Shown in pieces: positions 26,886-39,662 of a stretch of DNA of 64,000 nucleotides. Each line of letters opens with the position of its first letter. Position 1 is the first letter of the stretch. The notes under the pieces were generated by a model, which did not search any database, was not told the origin of the DNA, and was given only the letters and a program-made list of their open reading frames with translations. This stretch comes from Macrostomum hystrix. Lineage: Eukaryota; Animalia; Platyhelminthes. The stretch lies in NCBI GenBank assembly GCA_950097015.1, contig CATNEN010000005.1, positions 4,030,001 through 4,094,000 of the forward strand, read 5' to 3'. A program made the translations under genes and the position numbers.

Positions 26886-27200
26886 TTAACGGTAACAAAA
26901 AGTCAGTAATTTGGTCAGAAAGTTCTGAAAAGTCTTGGTCAGTCTTTCTTCTTTCAAACCGGGTAAGTGCCTAATCCAGTAGTGGAGGGCACCAAAGCTA
27001 TTCTTGGGGTATAGACGGCGCCATAAGAATTCTTTGAGGTGGCTTTCAAATAGAGCAGCACTCATGCCATGCAATTGATGCAGCTTGGCCTTTGCGAAAT
27101 CTTCAGTTGCAGAATTTCTGTGCCTTAGCTTCTTGTTCCCCATATTTGCCAGATTTTGCCATAGACATAGATCCAAGTGTCAAGTCATGGCAAAGCCACA
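26886..27200 (-). pseudogene. Probable Merlin/IS1595 (ISXO2-like) transposase C-terminal relic
   Basis: Translation LWQNLANMGNKKLRHRN..LFESHLKEFLWRRLYPKNSFGALHYWI resembles the ISXO2-like tail (W..K..R..f.shL.EF.WR). Upstream catalytic part not recognisable. Confidence 0.55.
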
Positions 27201-27789
27201 TCAGCACAACTTTTTCAAACTCAGAATGCATGTGTCGCACAAATTCAAACAAAAAAATAATATAACAAATGGAAGTAGAACATTGCCATTATTTTTTACT
27301 TGCTTTATAGGCATATAGTTTTTGTTAAATGCACTTATTTAGTGAATTGTAAGAATTCTAAAAAAAACGTCTAAGTGAGATTCAGAACCTTTGATTCATT
27401 TTATCTCTTTATGGTAATTTATAATTTGATCAACTTACTGAATGATATTTCATGATCAACTAGGAGCTGTCACCTAAGAAAGGAAGTTGCTTAAGAAGTG
27501 TTAAAAGTGCAGGTAAATTGAGCTTGAACAATTTCTAAAGCTTTAAAAGCTCTTGTTTGTCAGAATCCAGAAGCAAAATGATGTCAGCAGCATTTATCAT
27601 AGTTGTCTGCTGCAGTTTGAGCATTAACTATGTCTAAGGTGACCTAAACTAAACAAGCAGAATAGGCTTTTTAATGTATATTAGTTGTATACTAGTAAGT
27701 TTTGCCCCCCTTCGGGGAGCAGAAATAGTTTTAATTCGTCTAGTATATACTTTTTAGCAGCTGAATTTAAAGCTTTTTAAAGCTAAAAT

Positions 27790-30155
27790 GATCCCCTAGT
27801 GATCCCCCAGTTGACAATGATCCCCCATTGATGACGATCCCCAGTTAACAATGTTTCTCCCAGTTGAACATGATCCCCTAGTTGAACATGATCCCCTAGT
27901 TGACGATAATCCCCCAGTTAATGATGATCACCCAGTTGACAACGATCTCACAGTTGACCATGATTCCCCATTTGATGATGACTCCCAATTGATGATGATC
28001 CCAAGTTGACAATGATCCACCAGTTGACCATGATCCCACATTTGATGATGATTCCCCAGTTGACAATAATCCCCCAGTTGACAATAATCCCCCAGTTGAC
28101 AATGTTCCCCCAGTTAACAATGATACCCCAGTTGATGATGATCACCCAGTTGACAATGATCCCCTAGTTGACAATTATCCCCCAGTTGACAATGATCCCC
28201 CAGTTGACAATGATCCCCCAGTTGACAATGATCCCCAAGTTTAAAATGATCCCACAGTTGACAATGATCCCACAGTTGACAAAGATCCCCCAGTTGATGA
28301 TGATGCCCCAGTTGACAATGATCCCCCAGTTGACAATGATCCCCCAGTCGATAATGATTCCCAAGTTGACAATGATCCCCAGTGTATGATGACTCCCCAT
28401 TGATGAAGATCCCCAGTTGACAATGTTCCCCCAGTTGACAATGATCCCCCAGTTGATGATGATCACCCAGTTGACAATTATTCCCCAGTTTACAATGATC
28501 CCCCAGTTGACAATGATCCCCCAGTTGACAATGATCCCTCAGTTGACAATGATCCCCCAGTTGGCAATGATCCCCCAGTTGACAATGATCCCCCAGTTGA
28601 CAATGATCCTACAGTTGACAATGATCACCCAGTTAACGATGATCCCCCAGTTGACAATTATCCCCCAGTTGACAATGATCCCCCAGTTGACAATGATTCC
28701 CCAGTTGATAATGATCACCCAGTTGATAATGATCACCCAGTTGACAATAATCCCTCAGTTTACCATGATCCCCCAGTTGACGATAATCCCCCGGTTTACT
28801 ATGATTCCCTATTTGATGATGATTCCCCAGTTGACAATGATCCCCCAGTTGATAATGATCCTCCAGTTGACAATGATCCTCCAGTTGACAATGATCCTCC
28901 AGTTGACAATAATCCCTCAGTTTACCATGATCCCCTATTTGATGATGACTCCCCAGCTGACAAGGTTCCCTAGTTCCATTTTTATATTAGCTGCTTTTGT
29001 ATAAAATTGATAAGAACAGGTTTAGCCATGATTCAGACTCTGGTGTAGCCATGATTTAGTCTCTGGTTCAGCCATGATTCAAACTCTGGTTTAGCCATGA
29101 TTCAGACGCTGGTTTAGCCATGATTGAAACTCTGGTTTAGCCACGATTGAGACTCTGGTTTAGCCATGATTGAAACTCTGGTTTTACCATGATTCAGACT
29201 CTGGTTTAGCCATGATTCAAACTCTGGTTTAGCCATGCTGATGACGATGGTTTAGCCATGATTCAAACTCTGGTTTAGCCATGATTCAAACTCTGGTTTA
29301 GCCATGATTGAAACTCTGGTGTAGCCATGATTTAGACTCTGGTTTAGCCATGATTCAAACTCTGGTTTAGCCATGATTCAGACGCTGGTTTAGCAATGAT
29401 TCAAACTCTGCTTTTGCCATGATTCAAACTCTGGTTTAGCCATGATTCAAAATCTGGTTTAGCCAAGATTCAAACTCTGGTTGGCCATGATTGAAACTCG
29501 GGTTTTGCCATGATTCAAACGCTGGGTTAGCCATGATTGAAACTCTGATGATGATCACGCAGTAGACAATGATCCCCCAGTTAATGATGACTCCCAATTG
29601 ATGATAATCCCCAGTTGACAACTATCCCCCCGTTGACCATGATCCCGCATTTGATGATGACTCCCCAGTTGACAATTATCCCCCAGTTGACAATTATCCC
29701 CCAGTCGACAATTATCTCTCAGTTGACTATGATCCCCTATTGATGGTGATCCCAGTTGACCATGATCCCTAGTTGACAATGATCCCCCAGTTGATTATGA
29801 TCACCCAGTTGAGAATAATCTCCTAGTTGACAATTAACCCCCAGTTGACCATGATCCCGAATTTGGTGATGTTTCCCCGTGACAATTATCCCCCAGTTGA
29901 CAATTATCCCCCAGTTTATAATGATCCTCCAGTTGACAATGATCCCCCAGTTGACAATTATCCCCCAGTTTACCATGATCCCCCAGTTGACGATTATCCA
30001 CCAGTTCTGGTTTAGCAATGATTCAAACGCTGGGTTAGCCATGATTCAGACTCTGGTTTAGTCATGGTTCTAACTCTGGTTTAGCCATGATTCAGACTCT
30101 GGTTTAGCCATGATTCAGACTCTGGTTTAGCCATGATTCAAACTCTGGTTTAGCC
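27790..30155. repeat. Composite A-B-A-B minisatellite
   Basis: A = 18-bp CAGTTGACAATGATCCCC (27790-28970, 29550-30003). B = 23-bp ATGATTCAAACTCTGGTTTAGCC (29020-29548, 30005-30155). Confidence 0.95.
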
Positions 30156-30625
30156 GGTGTGCTATGATTTATGATATTTTATTTACGAATTGAAAAAAAT
30201 AAATTAAAATAGTCTGCAATCACTACTGGCTGAACATTAGTCTAAATGATTTGATGCAGTGCAGAATCGAACCCTAGCCTAGCCTAACCTATTCCTAGTG
30301 CCTACACATCGGCTATTCCGACTGTTGGTTAGTGGGTGCAAAAATCAGACTTATAAATTGAATTCTCAAAGTTCTGGCTTTGTACAATGAAGTGAGAAAA
30401 TAGAGTACACTCAGTCTCGCGGTTGGTTGTGTACATTTATTATTTATTTCCAATTTGTCTCCAGAGTGCAGGCTTCAAATTCAATCAGCTAGGGGTTGTT
30501 GCGCAATTTGACGATGCAATTCTAATTCAGTGGCAGTGAGTAAAATTCTCAATAGGCCAAGATGGTTTGACCTTTGAAAAATCTTGTTTTTCGAATATTT
30601 AATCCCTTCAGCAATAAAGTTAAAC

Positions 30626-30766
30626 TTAATAAAAATACGTGTATAATTGTCCCCATATTTGGCATCTTTTGGTGAAGAAATGGTGAAAATCGGTTGAGCC
30701 GTTCGGGAGAAAATCAATTACAAGCAAGCAAGCAAGCAACCAAGCAACCATTTCATTTTTAGTATA
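30626..30766 (-). mobile_element. Helitron-type 5' end fragment
   Basis: Minus strand TATACTAAAAATG-(GCTT)n-..GAACGGCTCAACCGATTTTCACC, with the same architecture as the Helitron 5' end at 1143. Near-identical to 36300-36434. Confidence 0.65.
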
Positions 30767-31944
30767 GTGGAATATAGTGATCTTTGCCATGATATTATTT
30801 TTTTCAACACTTGCAAGCTGTCCAACTGATGGTATCTGTCTTGTCAGATATAAGCCAGCCATTCAACAGCACCAACAGCATGCCTTTGAAATATTTTATA
30901 TTTATTATTTAATTAATAGCTATATCCAATATTTTCACGCTGACTAGATATAGAATGGATCTAATATTAGAAACTATCATTTCAAACAGTATTTTTTGCC
31001 AAACTTATAAAAATATGAACTGCCATACTTAGTTTTGTAACTAAACTAGATAAAAAAGAATAAAATGAAACTAGCAAACAAAATTTTCAATGAAATACTA
31101 TTATTATCATTGTGAAGCTAAGAAGTCTTGAACTTTTAACTATTTTTTCATATTTTTAGAATAGTATTATAATTGCTTAATTCATTAATTTACCTATTTA
31201 CTATTGACTAACTTATTATGAGAAATCCTAGAAATGCTAGATAGATAAAAACTGCCTTGTAATGGAATGAGAAATACTCATTAGAGATATAGATTTGTAT
31301 TTACAATAGCCAGAAAATTCACACAACACATAATTGTGTTATTATGCTTTGAGATCATGGCTATTCTTTCAACAATCAAAAGCCTAATCACAGCATAATC
31401 AGTGCTATAGCATCAAAAGCTTCTAAAAATAAGAAAAAACTAACTTCGATTTTTGTTACTTTAATTGCCAAAACAATTTGTAACAGTAAAAGTATTGGCA
31501 ATAGAAAAAAGTGTTAATGCCTTGATCATCATTCAGCAAACTATCTGAAGCAATTTACTTTCTTAGCTATTATTTCATTTCGACTTTGTGTTGCATAAGT
31601 AGGATGCACACAAATCATGACTATACAATATACTGCCTTTACTTTGAATCAACTCATAGAAATCAATATAGAAAACTGTTTTATAAAGCTAAAGCTTCAT
31701 TATATTTGCTATTTGCTTATGCTTTCTAAACTAAATACACTGTCTTAATTCTAAGCAAATGATTAGTAGGTTGACTATATAACTTAAGGAATAGGAACTC
31801 CTACTGTATACCCTGCTACAACCCTATGCTGTGCACTAGACTGATAAAATATGTTTCTGTCAAATTAGGTTCTAAATGGTGTTTAGCAGTAAACCAACCA
31901 CATTTAACACATCTCAGTGTAGTTGGTAAAAACTCCGTGGCAAC

Positions 31945-34779
31945 ATGGCTAGCACCAAGCTAATCCGTTCCGCTCGTCTGGACACTCGTGCCGGCAAAGG
32001 CGCCGCTTCCGCGGCTGCCAATGATAAGCCGAGCGAGTTGGAGCTTCAACTAGCCCAGACCCTCATGGATCTGCAGCAGAATTCTGACCTGAAGAGCCAC
32101 CTAAAAGAATTGCACATCACCGGCGCCCGAGAGTTTGAAGTGCCCGGCGGCAAGAAGTGCATCGCCCTGATGGTGCCCGTGCCGCAGCTGCGCGCTTATC
32201 AGAAAATTCACGTTCGGCTAGTGCGCGAATTGGAGAAGAAATACTCCGGCAAGCACGTTGTGCTCATCGCCGAACGCCGCATCCTGCCAAAGGAGTCGCA
32301 TAAATCTCGCGGCGCCGGCGTCTTCAAGCAGAAGCGTCCGCGATCGCGCACTTTGACGGCCGTTCACGATGCTATGCTGGGCGATCTGGTCTTCCCGGCT
32401 GAGATTGTCGGCCGGCGCACTCGAGTCCGCGTTGATGGCAGCCGAACTATGAAGGTAGGTTCGCCTGCTTTCGCTTCCGTTCGTGAAAAAACTGCTCTTA
32501 CTCCACAATGTCAACCAGCTCTCACTCCACAATGTCAACCAGCTCTCACTCCACAATGTCAACCAGCTCTCACTCCACAATGTCAATCAGCTCTCACTCC
32601 ACAATGTCAACCAGCTCTCACTCCACAATGTCAATCAGCTCTCACTCCACAATGTCAATCAGCTCTCACTTCACAATGTCAACCAGCTCTCACTCCACAA
32701 TGTCAATCAGCTCTCACTCCACAATGTCAACCAGCTCTCACTCCACAATGTCAACCAGCTCTCACTCCACAATGTCAACCAGCTCTCACTCCACAATGTC
32801 AACCAGCTCTCACTCCACAATGTCAATCAGCTCTCACTCCACAATGTCAATCAGCTCTCACTTCACAATGTCAACCAGCTCTCACTCCACAATGTCAATC
32901 AGCTCTCACTCCACAATGTCAACCAGCTCTCACTCCACAATGTCAATCAGCTCTCACTCCACAATGTCAATCAGCTCTCACTTCACAATGTCAACCAGCT
33001 CTCACTCCACAATGTCAACCAGCTCTCACTTCACAATGTCAACCAGCTCTCACTTCACAATGTCAATCAGCTCTCACTTCACAATGTCAACCAGCTCTCA
33101 CTCCACAATGTCAACCAGCTCTCACTCCACAATGTCAATCAGCTATCACTCCACAATGTCAATCAGCTCTCACTCCACAATGTCAACCAGCTCTCACTCC
33201 ACAATGTCAACCAGCTCTCACTTCACAATGTCAACCAGCTCTCACTTCACAATGTCAACCAGCTCTCACTTCACAATGTCAACCAGCTCTCACTTCACAA
33301 TGTCAACCAGCTCTCACTCCACAATGTCAATCAGCTCTCACTCCACAATGTCAATCAGCTCTCACTTCACAATGTCAACCAGCTCTCACTCCACAATGTC
33401 AACCAGCTCTCACTTCACAATGTCAACCAGCTCTCACTTCACAATGTCAACCAGCTCTCACTCCACAATGTCAACCAGCTCTCACTCCACAATGTCAATC
33501 AGCTATCACTCCACAATGTCAATCAGCTCTCACTCCACAATGTCAACCAGCTCTCACTCCACAATGTCAACCAGCTCTCACTTCACAATGTCAACCAGCT
33601 CTCACTTCACAATGTCAACCAGCTCTCACTTCACAATGTCAACCAGCTCTCACTTCACAATGTCAACCAGCTCTCACTCCACAATGTCAACCAGCTCTCA
33701 CTCCACAATGTCAATCAGCTCTCACTCCACAATGTCAATCAGTTCTCACTTCACAATGTCAACCAGCTCTCACTCCACAATGTCAATCAGCTATCACTTC
33801 ACTATGTCAACCAGCTCTCACTCCACAATGTCAACCAGCTCCCACTCCACAATGTCAACCAGCTCTCACTCCACAATGTCAACCAGCTCTCACTCCACAA
33901 TGTCAACCAGCTCTCACTCCACAATGTCAACCAGCTCTCACTCCACATGTCAACCAGCTCTCACTCCACAATGTCAACCAGCTATCACTCCACAATGTCA
34001 ATCAGCTCTCACTCCACAATGTCAACCAGCTCTCACTCCACAATGTCAACCAGCTCTCACTTCACAATGTCAACCAGCTCTCACTTCACAATGTCAACCA
34101 GCTCTCACTTCACAATGTCAACCAGCTCTCACTTCACAATGTCAACCAGCTCTCACTCCACAATGTCAACCAGCTCTCACTCCACAATGTCAATCAGCTC
34201 TCACTCCACAATGTCAATCAGTTCTCACTTCACAATGTCAACCAGCTCTCACTCCACAATGTCAATCAGCTATCACTTCACTATGTCAACCAGCTCTCAC
34301 TCCACAATGTCAACCAGCTCCCACTCCACAATGTCAACCAGCTCTCACTCCACAATGTCAACCAGCTCTCACTCCACAATGTCAACCAGCTCTCACTCCA
34401 CATGTCAACCAGCTCTCACTCCACAATGTCAACCAGCTCTCACTCCACAATGTCAACCAGCTCTCACTCCACAATATGGTGAGAATCATATGATGAGATT
34501 GTCAGGGCAGGTGTACACACCTGTGTGAATGTGTGTTGAAGGAGTCAGCGGAATGGGCAGAATAGCCTCCTCGTTTGCAGCGAGTCTAGTGTCACCAAAT
34601 GCTTTTTCTAATTGTCTTAAAAGTACAATCACAATCACATAAATCTTCAATAATTTCAGGTTCACCTGGACAAAGCCAATCAAACATCGGTGGATCACAA
34701 GCTAGACACCTTCGCTTCTGTCTATCGTAGCCTTACTGGAAAGTCTGTCGTCTTTGAATTTCCCGACTACGCCCTGTGA
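31945..34779 (+). CDS. RPS7: 40S ribosomal protein S7 (2 coding exons)
   Basis: join(31945..32454,34660..34779). Motifs [66 protein letters not shown]. Confidence 0.97.
32490..34475. repeat. 24-bp minisatellite (about 80 copies) in the RPS7 intron
   Basis: Unit CTCTCACTCCACAATGTCAACCAG with two 23-bp variants. Confidence 0.97.
34490..34595 (+). mobile_element. SINE family A 3' fragment
   Basis: GTCAGGGCAGGTGTACACACCTGTG..GGAGTCAGCGGAATGGGCAGAATAGCCTCCTCG matches the family A core. Confidence 0.75.
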
Positions 34780-35034
34780 AGATAAGAGGCGTTTGGAATG
34801 GAATCCATTTTGAACCGGACTTTGATTGATGATTGATTGATAGTTTGCAAATTAAGTTTGAGGCCGGCATTGTTATACGAGTGTTTTAGATCAAAGCATA
34901 TGTGCGCTCAACACGTTGAATTATGAGAAAGTACATTGGATAGTTAATCTTCTGCTTTAAAAGGTTGCCTGTTTGCCTTTTGGATTGCTGGTGGAACTGG
35001 ACTTGTGCGTGTTTTCTTCAATTGTCTTTCGTTA

Positions 35035-35705
35035 TTTTTCAAAGCTTGTGTAATTACAGGTGCTTATAGACATTTTTCTAATACAGTTGATGATAGCAAC
35101 TTGTGATTACAGGTGATAACAGTAATTTATGTAATCACAGGTGATGAGTCAACTTTTGTAATTACAGGTGATGGTCGCTAATTTGCGTAATTACAGGTCA
35201 CGATAGCAACTCGTGTAATTACAGGTCACGATAGCAACTCGTGTAATTACAGGTCACGATAGCAACTCGTGTAATTACAGGTCACTATAGCAACTCGTGT
35301 AATTACATGTGATGATAGCAACTCGTGTAATTACATGTGATGATAGCAACTCGTGTAATTACAGGTCACGATAGCAACTCGTGTAATTACAGGTCACGAT
35401 AGCAACTCGCGTAATTACATGTGATGATAGCAACTCGTGTAATTACATGTGATGATAGCAACTCGTGTAATTACATGTGATGATAGCAACTCGTGTAATT
35501 ACAGGTCACGATAGCAACTCGTGCAATTACAGGTGATGATAGCAACTCGTGTAATTACATGTGATGATAGCAACTCGTGTAATTACATGTGATGATAGCA
35601 ACTCGTGCAATTACAGGCGATGATAGCAACTCGTGTAATTACATGTGATGATAGCAACTCGTGTAATTAAAGTTTATGATAGCAACTTGTGTAATTACAG
35701 GTGAT
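35035..35705. repeat. 28-bp minisatellite between RPS7 and the aquaporin
   Basis: Unit GTAATTACAGGTCACGATAGCAACTCGT. Confidence 0.95.
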
Positions 35706-35809
35706 AAATGACAACAAATGCGATAAATGATGTGTTAAATTACATAATATGTTTAAGTCTGGATTATCCGGATGTGAATTTCATCAGGCATTCGGATTGT
35801 ACTTTTCAG

Positions 35810-38800
35810 CTGCGCGTATTCTGTCAGCGATTATGGGATCTGGCATTTGGCCAGCCCGACCCGGAGCGACACGAGGTCATCCTGCTAGTGTCGCTGTTTT
35901 ACTATAGTTGCGCAATGCTGCTTGGCCGGTCCCTCAGGTGTTGCGTCAGGAGATTAATTGCACCGGCGTTTGGAAAATCGTTGGCCTCCTGCTTGTTGGA
36001 TTTGGTCACCACTTTTCAGGTTGGCTGGCGTGCGAGTTGAACGGATTATTGAAATAAAAAATCATCCGAGTTCCTCAATTTGTAATTCACCTGCGTACCT
36101 GAAGTTTAGAATCCGAGTACCTGAAGTTTAGAATCCGAGTACCTGAAGTTTAGAATCCGAGTACGTGAAGTTTTGAATCCGAGTACCTGAAGTTTAGAAT
36201 CCTACTAAGCTAGTACCTGAAGTTTAGAATCCTACTATGCTAGTACCTGAAGTTTAGAATCCTACTAAGCTAGTACCTGAAGTTTAGAATCCTATTAAGC
36301 TTAATAAAAATACGTGTATATGTGTCCCCATATTTTGCGTCTTTTGGTGAAGAAATGGTGAAAACCGGTTGAGCCGTTCGGGAGAAAATCAATTACAAGC
36401 AAGCAAGCAACCATTTCATTTTTAGTATATTAGAAGACTATGCTAGTACCTGAAGTTTAGAATCCTACTACTAGTACCTGAAGTTTAGAATCCTACTATA
36501 CTAGTACCTGAAGTTTAGAATCCTTTACTATACTAGTATCTGAAGTTTAGAATCCTACTACTAGTACCTGAAGTTTAGAATCCTACTATACTAGTACCTG
36601 AAGTTTAGAATCCTACTATACTAGTACCTGAAGTTTAGAATCCTACTATACTAGTACCTGAAGTTTAGAATCCTACTATACTAGTACCTGAAGTTTAGAA
36701 TCCTACTATACTAGTACCTGAAGTTTAGAATCCTACTACTAGTACCTGAAGTTTAGAATCCTACTACTAGTACCTGAAGTTTAGAATCCTACTATGCTAG
36801 TACCTGAAGTTTAGAATCCAACTACTAGTACCTGAAGTTTAGAATCCAACTACTAGTACCTGAAGTTTAGAATCCAACTACTAGTACCTGAAGTTTAGAA
36901 TCCAACTACTAGTACCTGAAGTTTAGAATCCTACTACTAGTACCTGAAGTTTAGAATCTTACTACTAGTACCTGAAGTTTAGAATCCAACTACTAGTACC
37001 TGAAGTTTAGAATCCTACTATACTAGTACCTGAAGTTTAGAATCCTACTACTAGTACCTGAAGTTTAGAATCCAACTACTAGTACCTGAAGTTTAGAATC
37101 TTACTACTAGTACCTGAAGTTTAGAATCCAACTACTAGTACCTGAAGTTTAGAATCCAACTACTAGTACCTGAAGTTTAGAATCCAACTACTAGTACCTG
37201 AAGTTTAGAATCCTACTACTAGTACCTGAAGTTTAGAATCCTACTACTAGTACCTGAAGTTTAGAATCCTACTATGCTAGTACCTGAAGTTTAGAATCCT
37301 ACTACTAGTACCTGAAGTTTAGAATCCAACTACTAGTACCTGAAGTTTAGAAACCTACTACTAGTACCTGAAGTTTAGAATCCTACTACTAGTACCTGAA
37401 GTTTAGAATCCTACTACTAGTACCTGAAGTTTAGAATCCAACTACTAGTACCTGAAGTTTAGAAACCTACTACTAGTACCTGAAGTTTAGATTGAGAGCA
37501 CCTGAAGTAATGATTTTCGAGCACCTGAAGTAATGATTTCGGAGCACCTGAAGGTTAGATTTTCATTACCTGAAGTTGAGAAGTGTAGAATCTCACTACC
37601 TAAAGTTTCAATATGCTCGAGCATACCTGAAGTTGAAATCTGCGAATACCTGTAGTTTCAGCATATTCACGAAAAGTACACAATATCATACAGGTTTGCG
37701 CCTGCAGCTTAGAAAACGGCGTAATACGCAAACACTACGGCATGCCGGCCTACCTGTTCACTCTGCTATTCCTCGGCGTCTGGCATTCGGCCACCCTAGG
37801 CGGCTGCAGCGGAAACCCATGCGGCGCCTGGCGCAGATTTGTTCTGGGCGAAGCTCGCCTGCCGAGCACTCTGGCAAGAATGTGTCTTCAGCTGCTAGCC
37901 GGAGCTGCCGCCCACAGATACGCCAGATCCTGCTGGTGGAGCTTCGGCTTGTCGTCGGAGCACGAATTGCGCTATCGAATCACCGGCTGTTCAACCGATT
38001 TAACAGTGCCTGTCAGTGCCGGATTCTCTATTGAAGCATTCGCCACTGGTCTGGACTTGCTGCTTGGCCTCTGCCTGTTTAGCAGCGGCCTGCGTTGGGA
38101 ACGATTCCAGCCGCTGATTAAAGTACTATTGAGCACACTACTCACCTACTGCGGTGAGTAGGGGTCTGTTCTGAGAAGGATTTATCTTGTGATTTTTTGC
38201 CTACAAACGATTATTTAATCTGCTGTTTCTGCTGATCCTATCCATTGTTAATGAAATACTGCGCATCACACTCAAGGGGAAAATGAATCACAGTTGAGCA
38301 GAGCTCTCGCAGGATTTAGGTTGAGCACAATGCCGCAGGTCTCGTCGGCCGCCCTCAACTGGATCTTGGTAGTTTGAGGGAATTGAGGTTTATTGTTAGG
38401 TTTCAAGGATAAACTTGGTCGCATCTCTCCCGTGTCTCATCTATTCCGTTTTTCATATTCCTACAGTAAATGCAGTCCGCTATTGTCTTTTAGGCTCTCT
38501 CCGTGGCCCGCGCGCTAATAATCTTGCCGACCCCTGTACTCAAGGGGCAGACTTATAAAAAGCCACCAGTAAAAAGTAGAGAAAAAACTAGGAAAAAAAC
38601 TGAAAAAAACCTCTCTGGTCTCGACAAAGTTGAATATCATCACGTGGTTTCTGTAATTAGAAACTGACGTCAGATAACCAAGGGGTCTGTTGCTAAAAAT
38701 AGAAACTGACGTCACGCATACGTAGGATATACGTGGGAGTAGAGAGGATCCTAAGGCAGGCCTGTTGCTAAACAACCGACTTGTTGCTAAAAATTGCTTG

Positions 38801-39261
38801 GATTAAATTGGAGCGCAACCGCAGTGAGAAGGCTTGTGTTACTGTCGTGAACATGCCATGTCTCTAAATCCCCGTCTCTCGCCTTATTCCCCTAAATTTC
38901 TCCCTCCCCCTGATCTCCAGGCCTGCACCTCACTGGAATGTACGTGAATCCGGCCAACGCCACTGCCCAGACGTTCGGCTGTGAAGGCTCCCAGCCGTGG
39001 GAGCACGTGACCGTCTATTGGCTGGGACCGCTGGCCGGAGTGACTGCGGCGGCCAAGCTGCACAGCCATTGGCTGGGCCTCGGGTGCGGCTCTGTGCGAT
39101 TGGACACAGTTGCCGCCGGGGTGGCCAATTCCGCTTGGCGATCGTCTGATAGGCTGGTCCGTCGCAGACTGTACAGCAGCGGAGTGACCGACGAACTGCA
39201 AGCTGACGTTGTAGTCGCTGATCAACCTGATGACAGACTCGAAGCGAAAAAACACGAATAA
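35810..39261 (+). CDS. AQP11: Unorthodox (AQP11/12-type) aquaporin, 3 exons; start codon uncertain
   Basis: join(35810..36019,37694..38153,38921..39261). TFQ|VCACSLE helix-1 motif, first loop GNPC, second loop TGMYVNPA, VYWLGP. No in-frame ATG between the TTTTCAG acceptor (35809) and TM1. An alternative in-frame ATG exists at 35708. Confidence 0.85.
36090..37560. repeat. 22/28/30-bp minisatellite in aquaporin intron 1
   Basis: Unit TAGTACCTGAAGTTTAGAATCCTACTAC and length variants; decays toward the acceptor. Confidence 0.95.
36300..36434 (-). mobile_element. Helitron-type 5' fragment interrupting the array
   Basis: Begins TCTAATATACTAAAAATG on the minus strand; near-identical to 30626-30766. 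Confidence 0.7.
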
Positions 39262-39349
39262 AATCTCTTGCAGAATTTAAATTTCAGTCTCATTTTAAAT
39301 TTCAATTTGGATTTACATGGCTTACTTTATGAATTATTAGAAATTCCAT

Positions 39350-39662
39350 ACACAGTTGTGTACATCTGCCCTGACTTTCTCATTGTCAGTCAGAATGCTT
39401 GGCCTTGGAGGTAGGCCCTCAATCGCGTGAATTGCACGACAAGCCCCCCAAGCCTTCTCTCCGCGGCTCAAAGTGTGTCGGACTCAAAGTCGTGTGTTCG
39501 ATTCCCGACTCCACTGTAGCAACTTGTGTGCTTCAGATCAACCAGCTGTTAAATGGTTACCAGCATTAGCTGGTGTAATTGAGGGTGGGTGTGGCGTCCC
39601 CCCAGTCCATGGACTGAACAGTCGTACGGCTGTGCTGTCCGATGCACATGTGGCCTAATTGG
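39350..39662. mobile_element. Divergent pair: SINE A fragment (-, 39350-39468) and SINE B (+, 39470-39662)
   Basis: Both family cores recognisable, joined head to head. Confidence 0.75.

Noticed and set aside
19625-30061. Many repetitive ORFs in the track (e.g. [24 protein letters not shown]) here and over other arrays
   Set aside because: They are translations of intronic or intergenic minisatellites with no splice or homology support.
31945-34482. 845-aa RPS7-repeat fusion ORF as the real gene
   Set aside because: A canonical donor at 32455 and acceptor at 34659 restore the conserved RPS7 C-terminus.
35035-37560. CRISPR-like arrays (28-41 bp repeats)
   Set aside because: Head-to-tail tandem units with no unique spacers, no cas genes, eukaryotic context.
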